Shown piece after piece: positions 10,175 to 19,293 of a stretch of 52,944 bases of DNA; within the stretch, counting starts at the first letter, position 1, and each line of letters opens with the position of its first letter. The translations under genes and the position numbers were made by a program. Origin of the DNA: Thermoanaerobacteraceae bacterium (GTDB taxonomy: Bacteria; Bacillota; JAZPYJ01). The notes under the pieces are model-generated. The model saw only the letters and a program-made list of their open reading frames with translations, ran no database searches and had not been told where the DNA came from. Location: assembly GCA_045544075.1 (NCBI GenBank), contig JAZPYJ010000144.1, forward strand, positions 1-52,944, written 5' to 3'.

Positions 10175-10852
10175 GTGATATATTGTGTTGAGGATGAGAA
10201 GAACATCCGTGACCTGATGATCTATACGCTGAAAGCATCAGGCTTTGAAGCACAGGGCTTTGAAAACAGCACCGGTTTTTGGCCGGCTATGAAAGTGCTT
10301 CGGCCGGAACTGATCATTTTGGATATTATGCTGCCCGGAGAGGATGGATTGACGATACTGGAAAAACTTCGCTCTTCACCTGTTACGGCCGATATCCCCG
10401 TGATCATGGCGACAGCGAAGGACAGTGAATATGATAAGGTCATCGGACTGGACAGCGGTGCAGACGATTATCTGGCAAAACCGTTCGGCATGATGGAAAT
10501 GGTATCCCGTATCAAAGCAGTGCTCAGACGTACGACATCAAAGCAGGCGAACATCCTTATCTGCGGGGGCATTTCTTTGGATGAGAATAAACATTCCGTC
10601 ACCGTGAACGGAAAACCTGTTTCATTGACTCTGAAAGAATACGAATTGCTGAAGCTGTTTATGGATAACCCCGGCCGGGTGTTTACAAGAGACATTCTGT
10701 TGTCCGATGTCTGGGGAATGGATTTTATCGGTGAAACCAGGACCGTGGACGTGCACATCGGAACGCTCAGGACCAAGCTTGCGGAAGCAGGCGGACTGAT
10801 CCGGACTATCCGCGGCGTAGGATATAAGATGGAGGAAAACAATGAGCAATAA
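10175..10852 (+). CDS. OmpR/PhoB-family response regulator (PhoP-like)
   Basis: Receiver domain (VEDEKNIRDL..., LDIMLPGEDG, ATAKD) plus a winged-helix trans_reg_C domain (LTLKEYELLKLF..., RTVDVHIGTLRTKL, IRTIRGVGYK). GTG 10175 lies 8 nt after AGGAGG (10161-10166). The ORF-track ATG 10157 overlaps that SD. Confidence 0.85.
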   Translation: MIYCVEDEKNIRDLMIYTLKASGFEAQGFENSTGFWPAMKVLRPELIILDIMLPGEDGLTILEKLRSSPVTADIPVIMATAKDSEYDKVIGLDSGADDYLAKPFGMMEMVSRIKAVLRRTTSKQANILICGGISLDENKHSVTVNGKPVSLTLKEYELLKLFMDNPGRVFTRDILLSDVWGMDFIGETRTVDVHIGTLRTKLAEAGGLIRTIRGVGYKMEENNEQ

Positions 10853-12212
10853 AATTTTCAAAGCCATCTGGATCGCTGCCGTTTCGGTCTTTATCGCGTC
10901 GCTGATTTTTATTATGGGAATATCTTATAATTACTTTTCATCTCTGCAGAAAAATCAATTAAAAGATCATGTGGAGCTTGCCGCACAGGGTGTTGCGTTA
11001 TCAGGAGAAGCATATTTTGAAGATCTGAATACGGAACACTACAGGATCACTTGGATCGACGCCGATGGCATAGTGCTCTACGACGATGAAGCGGACTCGA
11101 CGCATATGGAAAATCATCTTGAGCGTGAGGAAGTCAAGCAGGCACTGCGGGACGGTTACGGTGAATCGTCCCGATACTCCAGAACCTTGGCGGATAAACA
11201 GCTTTACGCGGCAAAGCGCCTGCCGGACGGATCGGTACTGCGTCTGTCCGTTGTGCAGGTCGCAGTCTGGACACTGCTGCTGGGATTTGCCCAACCGATA
11301 GCCGTAGTAGCTCTGATCGCGCTGGCGCTTTCGTTTATTCTTGCAGCACAACTTGCCAAAAAGATCGTCAAGCCGATTAACGAGATCGATATCAATAATA
11401 CTGATCAGTATTACGGCAAAGAAAATTATAAAGAGGTCGAGCCTCTCCTGCGGCATATCTCGGCACAGCAGGCACAGCTGAAAAAAGATCAGGCACAAAT
11501 TGAAAAAATGTCGCTGATCAGACAGGAATTTACCGCAAATGTATCGCATGAACTGAAAACGCCGCTTCACGCGATTTCCGGCTATGCGGAGCTTCTGGAA
11601 AACGGAATGGTCAGGAATGAGGATGTAAGACCTTTTGCTGAGAAGATACACGGAGAATCCATGCGAATGACAAGGCTTGTCGAGGATATTATAGATCTGA
11701 CAGAACTTGATAACGGCGGATCGGATATGAAGTGGGAGGACTGCGATCTGTACCGGATAGCGGAGAATGCTGTTGACAGTCTTGAGGCTGCTGCGTCCGC
11801 TATGCATGTGTCGGTCAAACTGGAAGGGACAGACGCTCCCCTGAGATCGATCCCTCAGCTGCTGTACAGCATCGTATATAACCTTTGCGATAATGCTATT
11901 AAATATAATCATTATGATGGAAGCGTAACTGTCAGTGTGCGGCAAAATAAATCCGATACTGTTCTGAAAGTTAAAGATACGGGCATAGGTATTCCGGAAG
12001 AATGCTTTGATCGTATTTTCGAGCGCTTCTACCGGGTGGATAAGAGCAGAAGCAAGGAGGTCGGCGGTACCGGACTGGGGCTTTCCATCGTTAAGCATGA
12101 CCTGTTGATCCTTAACGGGAAGATTAGAGTGAGCAGTGAGGTCGGCAAAGGTACCGAATTTATCATTACGATCCCGAACGGACCTAAAGAAATGAAGGCC
12201 AGAGAAAAATAA
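10842..12212 (+). CDS. sensor histidine kinase (PhoR-like)
   Basis: Two TM segments flank a periplasmic-type loop. H-box FTANVSHELKTPLHAISGYAELL, N-box DNAIKYN, and G-boxes DTGIGIP / GTGLGLSIVKH. Overlaps the regulator gene by 11 nt. Confidence 0.85.
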   Translation: MSNKIFKAIWIAAVSVFIASLIFIMGISYNYFSSLQKNQLKDHVELAAQGVALSGEAYFEDLNTEHYRITWIDADGIVLYDDEADSTHMENHLEREEVKQALRDGYGESSRYSRTLADKQLYAAKRLPDGSVLRLSVVQVAVWTLLLGFAQPIAVVALIALALSFILAAQLAKKIVKPINEIDINNTDQYYGKENYKEVEPLLRHISAQQAQLKKDQAQIEKMSLIRQEFTANVSHELKTPLHAISGYAELLENGMVRNEDVRPFAEKIHGESMRMTRLVEDIIDLTELDNGGSDMKWEDCDLYRIAENAVDSLEAAASAMHVSVKLEGTDAPLRSIPQLLYSIVYNLCDNAIKYNHYDGSVTVSVRQNKSDTVLKVKDTGIGIPEECFDRIFERFYRVDKSRSKEVGGTGLGLSIVKHDLLILNGKIRVSSEVGKGTEFIITIPNGPKEMKAREK

Positions 12213-12244
12213 ACGGCAGGTGTTTTCGCTGAAAGGATCAGATT

Positions 12245-12276
12245 TGCAGGAGCTGCGGCTCCTGCATTTTTATTTT
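12245..12276 (+). terminator. intrinsic terminator after the kinase gene
   Basis: TGCAGGAGC (12245-12253) pairs with GCTCCTGCA (12258-12266) across a 4-nt loop, followed by TTTTTATTTT. Confidence 0.75.
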
Positions 12277-12290
12277 ACAAAAATTTTACA
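12273..12290 (+). promoter_or_regulatory. candidate Pho box upstream of the Na/Pi cotransporter gene
   Basis: TTTTACAAAAA / TTTTACAAAAC direct repeat, with TTACA at 12275-12279 and 12286-12290 in exact 11-bp phase. Possible -10 TATGAT at 12336-12341. Confidence 0.45.
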
Positions 12291-12365
12291 AAACTCCGGT
12301 AACGAATTTGATGTTTTTCCCCTATCCTGTTCCTGTATGATGGAGAAAAAAGGGGAGAAAGCAAA

Positions 12366-14108
12366 ATGGATTTGTTTGATGTTTTAGATCTGATCGGAGG
12401 ACTGTGCCTGTTTTTGTTCGGCATGACACTGATGGGACAGGCTCTGGAACGCCGTGCCGGAAACGGACTGAAAATGCTTCTCGGCCGGCTGACGACCAAT
12501 AAAGCTGCAGGCATAGCGACAGGGCTCGGAGTCACTGCAGTGATCCAAAGCTCTTCGGCTACGACTGTTATGGTAGTAGGCTTCGTCAACTCCGGACTTA
12601 TGACGCTGCGGCAATCTATAAATGTGATCCTGGGGGCCAATATAGGTACGACAGTCACGGCGTGGATATTGAGTCTGGCCGGGATCGACAGCCATAATTT
12701 TTTTATAAGCCTTTTGAAACCGTCGTCATTTACGCCGATACTTGCCCTGATAGGCATCGCTTTATTTATGATGTCGAAGAAAGGCAAGGGCAGGGATACG
12801 GGCATGATACTGCTTGGCTTCGCTACCCTGATGTATGGAATGGAAACTATGTCAGGAGCAGTTTCAGTACTTCGGGACGTGCCGGAATTCCAGCAGTTAT
12901 TCCTGAAATTCACTAATCCTATCCTCGGAGTTCTGGCGGGTATGGTCCTTACGGCGATCATCCAATCCAGCTCGGCGTCTGTCGGTATCCTGCAGGCGCT
13001 TTCATCCACAGGAGCAGTATCATACGGGGCTGCGATTCCGATAATTATGGGACAGAATATAGGAACTTGTATCACGGCTATAATCTCCTCTATCGGAACG
13101 AATAAAAACGCGAAACGTGCTGCTCTCGTCCATCTAAGCTTCAATGTAATCGGTGCCGTTGTATGGCTGACCGTATTCTGTGCGGTAAAAGCGATATTTG
13201 ATCCGGTACTGCTGACGCAGTCGGCAAGTTTTACGGGAATAGCGGTAGCTCATTCGATATTCAACATACTCTGCACTGCCTTAATGCTGCCGCTCAGCGG
13301 ACTGCTTGAGAAAATGGTCTGCAGGATAATCCCTGATGCAAAGGCTCCCGAAAAACTAAAAGAGCTGGATGAGCGTCTGCTGGGCAGCCCGATCCTTGCT
13401 CTTAGTCAATGCAATCATGTGCTGGACGATATGGCGAAGGCAGCTGTCGGTACTCTTAAAGAAAGTATGGAAATGATACTTCATTTTGATGCGGCTAAAG
13501 CCGAAAAGATCCGCGAGGCGGAAGAAAAAACCGATCATCTGGAGGATATTATAGGAACATATCTTGTACAGCTCACATCCCGGCAGCTCGGTGAGGATGA
13601 AAGTATAAAAGCAACCGAATACATGAAACTGATCGGAGATTATGAACGAATTGCCGATCATGCTGTCAATATTCTGGAATCGGCGGAAGAAATGGAAAGA
13701 AAAGGTATAGTATTTTCCGGATACGCAACAAAGGAATACAGGAATATCTGCGCCGCGCTTTCGGAGATCCTTGATCTGTCTTACATGGCGCTTTCCAAAG
13801 AGGATCTTGCAGCTGCAAGGAAAACGGAACCTCTGGAGCAGGTTATCGATGCGCTGAAGGAAGAGCTGCGTACCCGTCATATCCTGCGCCTGCAAAAGGG
13901 AATTTGTTCAGTAGACGCCGGATTTGTCTGGTCAGATCTGCTGAATAATATGGAACGGGTCTCAGACCACTGTTCCAACATATCAGGTTGCGTTCTTGAT
14001 ACAGTCGGGCAAAATATGAATATCCACGAAAATCAGAATATACTAAGAAACAGTGACGAAGACTTCCAGCAGGTCTATCAGCAATTTAAAATAAAATACG
14101 TTACGTGA
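12366..14108 (+). CDS. Na+/phosphate cotransporter (NptA-type) with C-terminal PhoU-like domain
   Basis: 580 aa with duplicated membrane repeats carrying QSSSA motifs (AVIQSSSATTVMVVGF, AIIQSSSASVGILQAL). The helical C-terminal half has PhoU-like ERIADHAVN / ERVSDHCSN. Confidence 0.85.
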   Translation: MDLFDVLDLIGGLCLFLFGMTLMGQALERRAGNGLKMLLGRLTTNKAAGIATGLGVTAVIQSSSATTVMVVGFVNSGLMTLRQSINVILGANIGTTVTAWILSLAGIDSHNFFISLLKPSSFTPILALIGIALFMMSKKGKGRDTGMILLGFATLMYGMETMSGAVSVLRDVPEFQQLFLKFTNPILGVLAGMVLTAIIQSSSASVGILQALSSTGAVSYGAAIPIIMGQNIGTCITAIISSIGTNKNAKRAALVHLSFNVIGAVVWLTVFCAVKAIFDPVLLTQSASFTGIAVAHSIFNILCTALMLPLSGLLEKMVCRIIPDAKAPEKLKELDERLLGSPILALSQCNHVLDDMAKAAVGTLKESMEMILHFDAAKAEKIREAEEKTDHLEDIIGTYLVQLTSRQLGEDESIKATEYMKLIGDYERIADHAVNILESAEEMERKGIVFSGYATKEYRNICAALSEILDLSYMALSKEDLAAARKTEPLEQVIDALKEELRTRHILRLQKGICSVDAGFVWSDLLNNMERVSDHCSNISGCVLDTVGQNMNIHENQNILRNSDEDFQQVYQQFKIKYVT

Positions 14109-14120
14109 TAACAGAAGCGA

Positions 14121-14149
14121 AGCCCCCGGATCAGTCTGATCCGGGGGCT
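14121..14149. terminator. bidirectional terminator hairpin between convergent genes
   Basis: Perfect 14-nt arms AGCCCCCGGATCAG / CTGATCCGGGGGCT around T14135. T-rich flank TTATTTAT on the plus side. Confidence 0.65.
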
Positions 14150-14677
14150 TTATTTATCTCAAAGAATATTTTATGCAGATTTTCCGGCATAGAAGTGAAC
14201 ATCATTTTAACGACTGTTTCTGCGGATGTAGTATTGTCGTTGAGCACCCATTCCTGTGTCATTCCGACGGCGCCCATACAATAGAATCTGATGCTGTAGG
14301 CCGTCTGCGCATCAAGAACATCTGTTCTCAGATTTTTTCGCCAGGGCGGTGTACTGTTTAACGAAATATTCCAGCATATAATGCCAGAGGGCATTTTGGG
14401 ATACGTCCTCGTAAGCGCGTTTGTAGAACATGATCTCCCGCTTCATTTTGTTCATACCATCGGCTGCCGATGAAACTGAAATGATATCGGTACCGTAGGC
14501 ATCATTATAAAACATCCACGCTACAAGATCGTATTTGTCCCTGAAATGGTAATAAAATGTAGGGCGTCTTATATCGGCTGCAGCGCAGACTTCCGTGACG
14601 CGGATCTTATCAATGGGCTTATGCCGCATTATCTCCCGCATTTTCTCGGCGATCCAGTGCTTTGTACTTTCCGTCAT
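14131..14677 (-). pseudogene. TetR-family regulator split by a frameshift in an A6 run
   Basis: ORF 14312-14677 carries the TetR HTH (IRVTEVCAAADIRRPTFYYHFRDKYDL). ORF 14131-14394, in another frame, continues a typical TetR C-terminal domain (LRTDVLDAQTAYSIRFYCMGAVGMTQEWV...). The two frames meet at AAAAAA (plus-strand T6, 14333-14338). Confidence 0.7.
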
Positions 14678-14859
14678 GTACGCTCTCCTTTTTACAAAAA
14701 TTATTTTATGTAAGAAAACATATCATTATTATACTTCTGTCAGTTGAAAAAAGCAAGAGTATTGAATAGAATTAAAGCAGAAAAAGAAATGAATCATTTC
14801 AAAACATCCTTGAAACTGTGTAATAAAACAGTTCGGCAGAGACTAAAAAGGAGGCAATT

Positions 14860-15384
14860 ATGGATTTTCTGAAACTAGCGAAAAACAGATATTCCGAGCG
14901 GTATTTTGATCCACGCCCGGTGGAACAGGAAAAGCTTGACAGAATAATTGAAGCGGGGCGTGTCGCGCCTACCGCCTGCAATTATCAGCCGCAGCATTTT
15001 TATATCATCCGCAGCCGGGAAGCTTTGGCAACGCTGAAGCAGGTGACGCTTTTTCATTACAATGCACCGATGATGATCCTGGTCTGCTATGATATCAGAA
15101 AAGTATGGAAAATGAACAATGACCGTTATTATCAGAGCTATAATTCAGGCGAGCAGGATGCCAGCATTGCCGCCGCGACGATGATGTATGAGGCTGAAGA
15201 GCAGGGTATCCACACGATCTGGATCAGGGGATTTGACTCCAAAACCGCAGCAGATAAGTTCGGCCTTCCTGAATATATGATACCTGTTATGATGCTCGGG
15301 CTGGGGTATCCCAATGAAAGAGCAAAGGCTAATCAGGCTCATTTCCAGAGGGACCCGGCAGAGCTATTCGTAACGGAATTATAA
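14860..15384 (+). CDS. nitroreductase-family protein
   Basis: 174 aa. RYSERYF and APTACNYQP motifs are typical of the NADH oxidase/nitroreductase fold. SD AAAGGAGG upstream. Confidence 0.75.
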   Translation: MDFLKLAKNRYSERYFDPRPVEQEKLDRIIEAGRVAPTACNYQPQHFYIIRSREALATLKQVTLFHYNAPMMILVCYDIRKVWKMNNDRYYQSYNSGEQDASIAAATMMYEAEEQGIHTIWIRGFDSKTAADKFGLPEYMIPVMMLGLGYPNERAKANQAHFQRDPAELFVTEL

Positions 15385-15397
15385 AACGGGGGCTGAA

Positions 15398-16048
15398 ATG
15401 AAAAAGATAATAATCATCAACGCAAGTCCGCGCATCGGCCGGAATACTGGCACATTGCTCGGGAAGGCCGGTGAGGGAGCAATATCCGAAGGCGCTCAGA
15501 CACAGGTTTTTGATCTGTACCGTCTGGAAAATGTACATGGCTGTATGTCCTGCTTTGCCTGTAAGCTGGCACCTAACGAAGGGAAGTGTGTATTTGAAGA
15601 CGGACTGGCGCCTGTGCTTAGGGCGATCCGTGAGGCGGACGGGCTGATTATCGGTACGCCGAATTATCTCGGTGACGTCTCTGCGGGTTTTCGTGCGCTC
15701 TACGAGCGGCTGATCTTTCAGTCTCTGACCTATCGGAAAGAGGCGCATCGATATTTGATCATCAGGAAGCCTGTTCTGTTTATCATGACAAGCAACGCTC
15801 CGAAGGAATTTTATACGCCTCTGGGATATGGAAAAACTGTAAAAGCATATCAAAATGCTTTGAATGATGCGGTGGGGAATACGAAAGTAATGATAGTCGG
15901 AAATACTTTGCAGGTAAATGATTACAGCAGGTTCAATTGGACGATGTTCGATCCTGCTGCCAAGAGGGAATACCATGACAGGATGTTTCCTGAGGAGAAG
16001 AAAAAAGCATTTCAGCTTGGTGCGCAGATGGTAAAAGAAGGCTGGTAA
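15398..16048 (+). CDS. flavodoxin-like NAD(P)H-dependent FMN reductase / iron-sulfur flavoprotein-like
   Basis: MKKIIIINASPR... N-terminus, GLIIGTPNY flavin-binding segment, and a Cys cluster CMSCFACK...C. Confidence 0.65.
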   Translation: MKKIIIINASPRIGRNTGTLLGKAGEGAISEGAQTQVFDLYRLENVHGCMSCFACKLAPNEGKCVFEDGLAPVLRAIREADGLIIGTPNYLGDVSAGFRALYERLIFQSLTYRKEAHRYLIIRKPVLFIMTSNAPKEFYTPLGYGKTVKAYQNALNDAVGNTKVMIVGNTLQVNDYSRFNWTMFDPAAKREYHDRMFPEEKKKAFQLGAQMVKEGW

Positions 16049-16063
16049 AGGAGAGGGATAAAA

Positions 16064-16945
16064 TTGCATTTTACAGGAACCGTATACAGAAATCCCTATT
16101 GGCCGACCTGGCCGCTGCTGGAGATCACACAGGGCTGTACCCATAACAGATGCAAATTCTGCACGATGTACAGGGATGTGCCCTTTAAAATGTCGCCCAT
16201 GGAATGGATCGAGGAAGATCTGATGGAGATAGCCCGTTCTGATCCGGGAGCCGGAACGATGCAGCTTCTTTCTGCTAATCCTTTAGCTCTGACTTATGAT
16301 AAGCTGGCGCCGATCCTGGAGAAGATCGATCAATATCTGCCGCGAATGGAGTATATTTACGCAGCGACAAGAGTGACCGACATAGGCAATAAAACCGTTG
16401 AACAGCTAAGAAACCTCAAAGATTTGGGGTTGCGGGAGATATCCCTCGGCGTGGAGAGCGGTGACGATTGGACGTTGGATCGTGTCGGCAAAGGTTATCA
16501 CGCGGAGGATATAATCGAACAGTGCGCTAAACTGACGGAGGCAGGAATAGATTTCTGGATGTCCTTTCTCAACGGCGTTGCCGGCAGGGAACACAGCATC
16601 GATCACGCGGTCCGTTCAGCCGAAATATTCAGCAGATGCAATCCTTTGGTGGTAGGGACCGGCGGATTGGTCCTGTTTCCGGAAACACCGCTGCTGGAGG
16701 AGGCAAAAAGGGGAGAATTCGATCCGCTGTCCGAGAGGGAGATGCTTTCAGAACTGAAAACATTTGTCGAGCATCTTACCTGCGACTGTACATTTATCAC
16801 GCATCATACAGTGTCCGGCAAAAACCTGACAGGACCTGATTTCCTTAGACGAAAGGGAAAGATCGTTGCTGCGCTGGATGAGGAGATAAAGCATGGAGAT
16901 ATGGACAGACTGGCTGCGGTCAGAAGGAATAAAAGGAGTTTGTAA
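16064..16945 (+). CDS. radical SAM protein (unusual CX4CX2C cluster motif)
   Basis: TTG start after GGAGAGGGA. ITQGCTHNRCKFCTMY (Cys codons at 16136, 16151 and 16160). GLREISLGVESGDD is typical of the radical-SAM TIM barrel. Confidence 0.75.
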   Translation: MHFTGTVYRNPYWPTWPLLEITQGCTHNRCKFCTMYRDVPFKMSPMEWIEEDLMEIARSDPGAGTMQLLSANPLALTYDKLAPILEKIDQYLPRMEYIYAATRVTDIGNKTVEQLRNLKDLGLREISLGVESGDDWTLDRVGKGYHAEDIIEQCAKLTEAGIDFWMSFLNGVAGREHSIDHAVRSAEIFSRCNPLVVGTGGLVLFPETPLLEEAKRGEFDPLSEREMLSELKTFVEHLTCDCTFITHHTVSGKNLTGPDFLRRKGKIVAALDEEIKHGDMDRLAAVRRNKRSL

Positions 16946-17493
16946 TGAGAAATGAATTTAAAAGAACAGATGGTCTGTTTTCACTGTGCGGGCTTAATTG
17001 CGGGTTGTGTCCTATGCAGATCAGAGGAAAATGCAGCGGCTGTTTTACGGACAGCCCCTGCTATCCCTCCTGCTCGATCGCACCCTGCAGCGTTCGGCAC
17101 GGAAACATTGATTACTGCTATCAGTGTGCCGAATACCCCTGCAGACGTTACGAGGATATAGATAAGCATGATTCCCTGATCTCGCACAGGAATCAGAAAA
17201 AGGATCTGGCAAAAGCAAAAGAGATAGGTATAGAAGCATATCTTGATGAACAACGGGACAAAAGGATGATTCTGGACCGTCTGCTGGATGAATATGACGA
17301 CGGAACGAAGGACGTATTCTTCTGCCTGGCAGTCAACATGATGGAAGCCGATGATCTGAGCGATCTCCTGCGGGCCGCCGCAGGAAATACGGCGGCCGCA
17401 ACAAGGCATGATAAGGCTGTTTTCATGGAGAATGCACTGCGTGATCTTGCTTCGGAAAAGAACATCCCGCTTGAGCTTCGTGCCTGGAAATAA
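16945..17493 (+). CDS. Cys-rich DUF3795-like protein
   Basis: The N-terminal 70 aa hold many Cys residues (CGLNCGLCP, CSGC, CYQCAEYPC), as in DUF3795 proteins. The start overlaps the radical-SAM stop (TAATG). Confidence 0.55.
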   Translation: MRNEFKRTDGLFSLCGLNCGLCPMQIRGKCSGCFTDSPCYPSCSIAPCSVRHGNIDYCYQCAEYPCRRYEDIDKHDSLISHRNQKKDLAKAKEIGIEAYLDEQRDKRMILDRLLDEYDDGTKDVFFCLAVNMMEADDLSDLLRAAAGNTAAATRHDKAVFMENALRDLASEKNIPLELRAWK

Positions 17494-17547
17494 TGATCAT
17501 TCATCGTATTTTCTTCTGCGATAAGCAGGCGGGAGCGAAAAGGAGGA

Positions 17548-19293
17548 TCAGGCCGATGCCGCGATCTTCCAGGAAGCAGCCTCCCGGCGGGCTTCCACGA
17601 AACTTTTGTAGATACCTTCCTGCTGCAGAAGCTCATCATGCGTACCTTTTTGGGAGATCTGCCCGTTTTCTATAACAAATATCTGATCCGCATGGCGGAC
17701 TGTTTTCAGACGATGTGCTATCATTATAATAGTCTTTTTTTTGGTCAGGGCTTCGATAGCCGCGCTCAGTTCCGACTCATTTTCCGGATCTACGTTGGCT
17801 GTTGCCTCATCCAGTATAATGATCGGAGCGTCCTTCATTATGGCGCGGGCGATTGAAATACGCTGCTTCTCACCGCCGGAAAGACTGGCACCGCCTTCAC
17901 CTATGATAGTATCGTAGCCGTTCGGAAGTGACAGGATGAAATCGTGACAGCGCGCCTGTTTTGCAGCTTCCATTACACGTTCCATAGATGCTTCAGGTTC
18001 ACCGAAACGGATATTGTTAGCTACCGTATCCTCAAAGAGATAAACGTTCTGGAACACGAAACTGAAGTTTTTCATCAGTGAATCAAAACTGTAATCCCTG
18101 ACATTCCTGCCGCCAAGCAATACCTCGCCATCCTGAACATCCCAGAACCGCGCCATCAGGTGACAAAGCGTCGTTTTGCCGCCGCCGGACGGGCCGACAA
18201 AGGCTGTGGTGGTTCTTTCGGGGATGCGCAAGCTTACACCGTCGATGATCTTTCTTTTATCATAGGAGAAGCTTACGTCTTTTAGTTCGATATCTTTTCT
18301 TTCGGGTGTGATATCTTCTCCGTCGATATCCATCGGAGGCATATCCAGTATTTCTTTAGTCTTGCTGACCGCTATCCGGATATTGCGCATGAGTGCGGTG
18401 AACGAACTCATTGAATCAAGGCTTTCATAGACCATGAAGGACGAAGCTATCATTACTATACAGAACAGAAGAGGCATAGAGCCGGCAAAGTACAGTTGCA
18501 GACTCAGAACACACATGGCGACGCCTGTTATCTTGGTGGCAAGATTCTGAAGAGTTACCCAGGGAATAACAGTATATTCAAGCCCCGTATCCGCATATTG
18601 CTTTTCTTTAATGGCAGCCTCTAATTTCTTCGCTGCGCTATCGGTCATGGAATAATTTTTGACCTCGGTGATGCCCTGCACATATTCGATAACCTGCGCA
18701 ACCAGATCTTCATCTGCCAGGTGCTTTCGGGGTGCAGCAGGGAGGGTAGCTTTCTGCATAATGGTGTTGAAAAGGATGTAAATAATTATGCCGGCTGTAA
18801 GAACAAGGCCTATCCTCCAGTCGAAAGCATATACGAAACATGTGATAACAGCGGTGGTAAGGATGCCCTGCGTCGTGATCATTACGATCCGGGTCGCGAT
18901 ATCGGCCAGTGATTCCATGGTATTGGTAGTTACATTGGTGATCGCGCCAAGAGAGTTCCTGTTGAAAAAGCCCATAGGAAGATACCTGAGATGTTCAGCT
19001 ATCTCGATGCGTTTATGAGCACAGGAATGATAGCCTGCTTCACATTGCAGCATCGTTGTTTTCAGATTGATCAAAAACTGTCCCGCTACAGATACGAGCA
19101 TGATTCCGAGTGCGAGCCAGAAATGCCTCATACTCATGTTTCCCTCGATAAGTCCCTGCACGACAACGGCTATAGCGATAATGCGGAGCGCGGAAAAAAT
19201 GGCTTTTATAACTCCCAGAACGATCGCCAGATACAGTTTATCTCGATCTTCTTTATTACAGAAATCAAAGAATTGTTTCAGTGTCTTAAACAT
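17548..19293 (-). CDS. ABC exporter, fused permease-ATPase (second half of a heterodimer)
   Basis: Six-TM exporter domain plus an NBD (GPSGGGKTT, LSGGEKQRISIARA, ILDEATA). The conserved N-terminus starts at MFKTLKQFF (ATG 19293-19291) and overlaps the upstream stop (ATGTTTAA). The ORF track extends to 19359. Confidence 0.85.
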   Translation of the reverse strand: MFKTLKQFFDFCNKEDRDKLYLAIVLGVIKAIFSALRIIAIAVVVQGLIEGNMSMRHFWLALGIMLVSVAGQFLINLKTTMLQCEAGYHSCAHKRIEIAEHLRYLPMGFFNRNSLGAITNVTTNTMESLADIATRIVMITTQGILTTAVITCFVYAFDWRIGLVLTAGIIIYILFNTIMQKATLPAAPRKHLADEDLVAQVIEYVQGITEVKNYSMTDSAAKKLEAAIKEKQYADTGLEYTVIPWVTLQNLATKITGVAMCVLSLQLYFAGSMPLLFCIVMIASSFMVYESLDSMSSFTALMRNIRIAVSKTKEILDMPPMDIDGEDITPERKDIELKDVSFSYDKRKIIDGVSLRIPERTTTAFVGPSGGGKTTLCHLMARFWDVQDGEVLLGGRNVRDYSFDSLMKNFSFVFQNVYLFEDTVANNIRFGEPEASMERVMEAAKQARCHDFILSLPNGYDTIIGEGGASLSGGEKQRISIARAIMKDAPIIILDEATANVDPENESELSAAIEALTKKKTIIMIAHRLKTVRHADQIFVIENGQISQKGTHDELLQQEGIYKSFVEARREAASWKIAASA

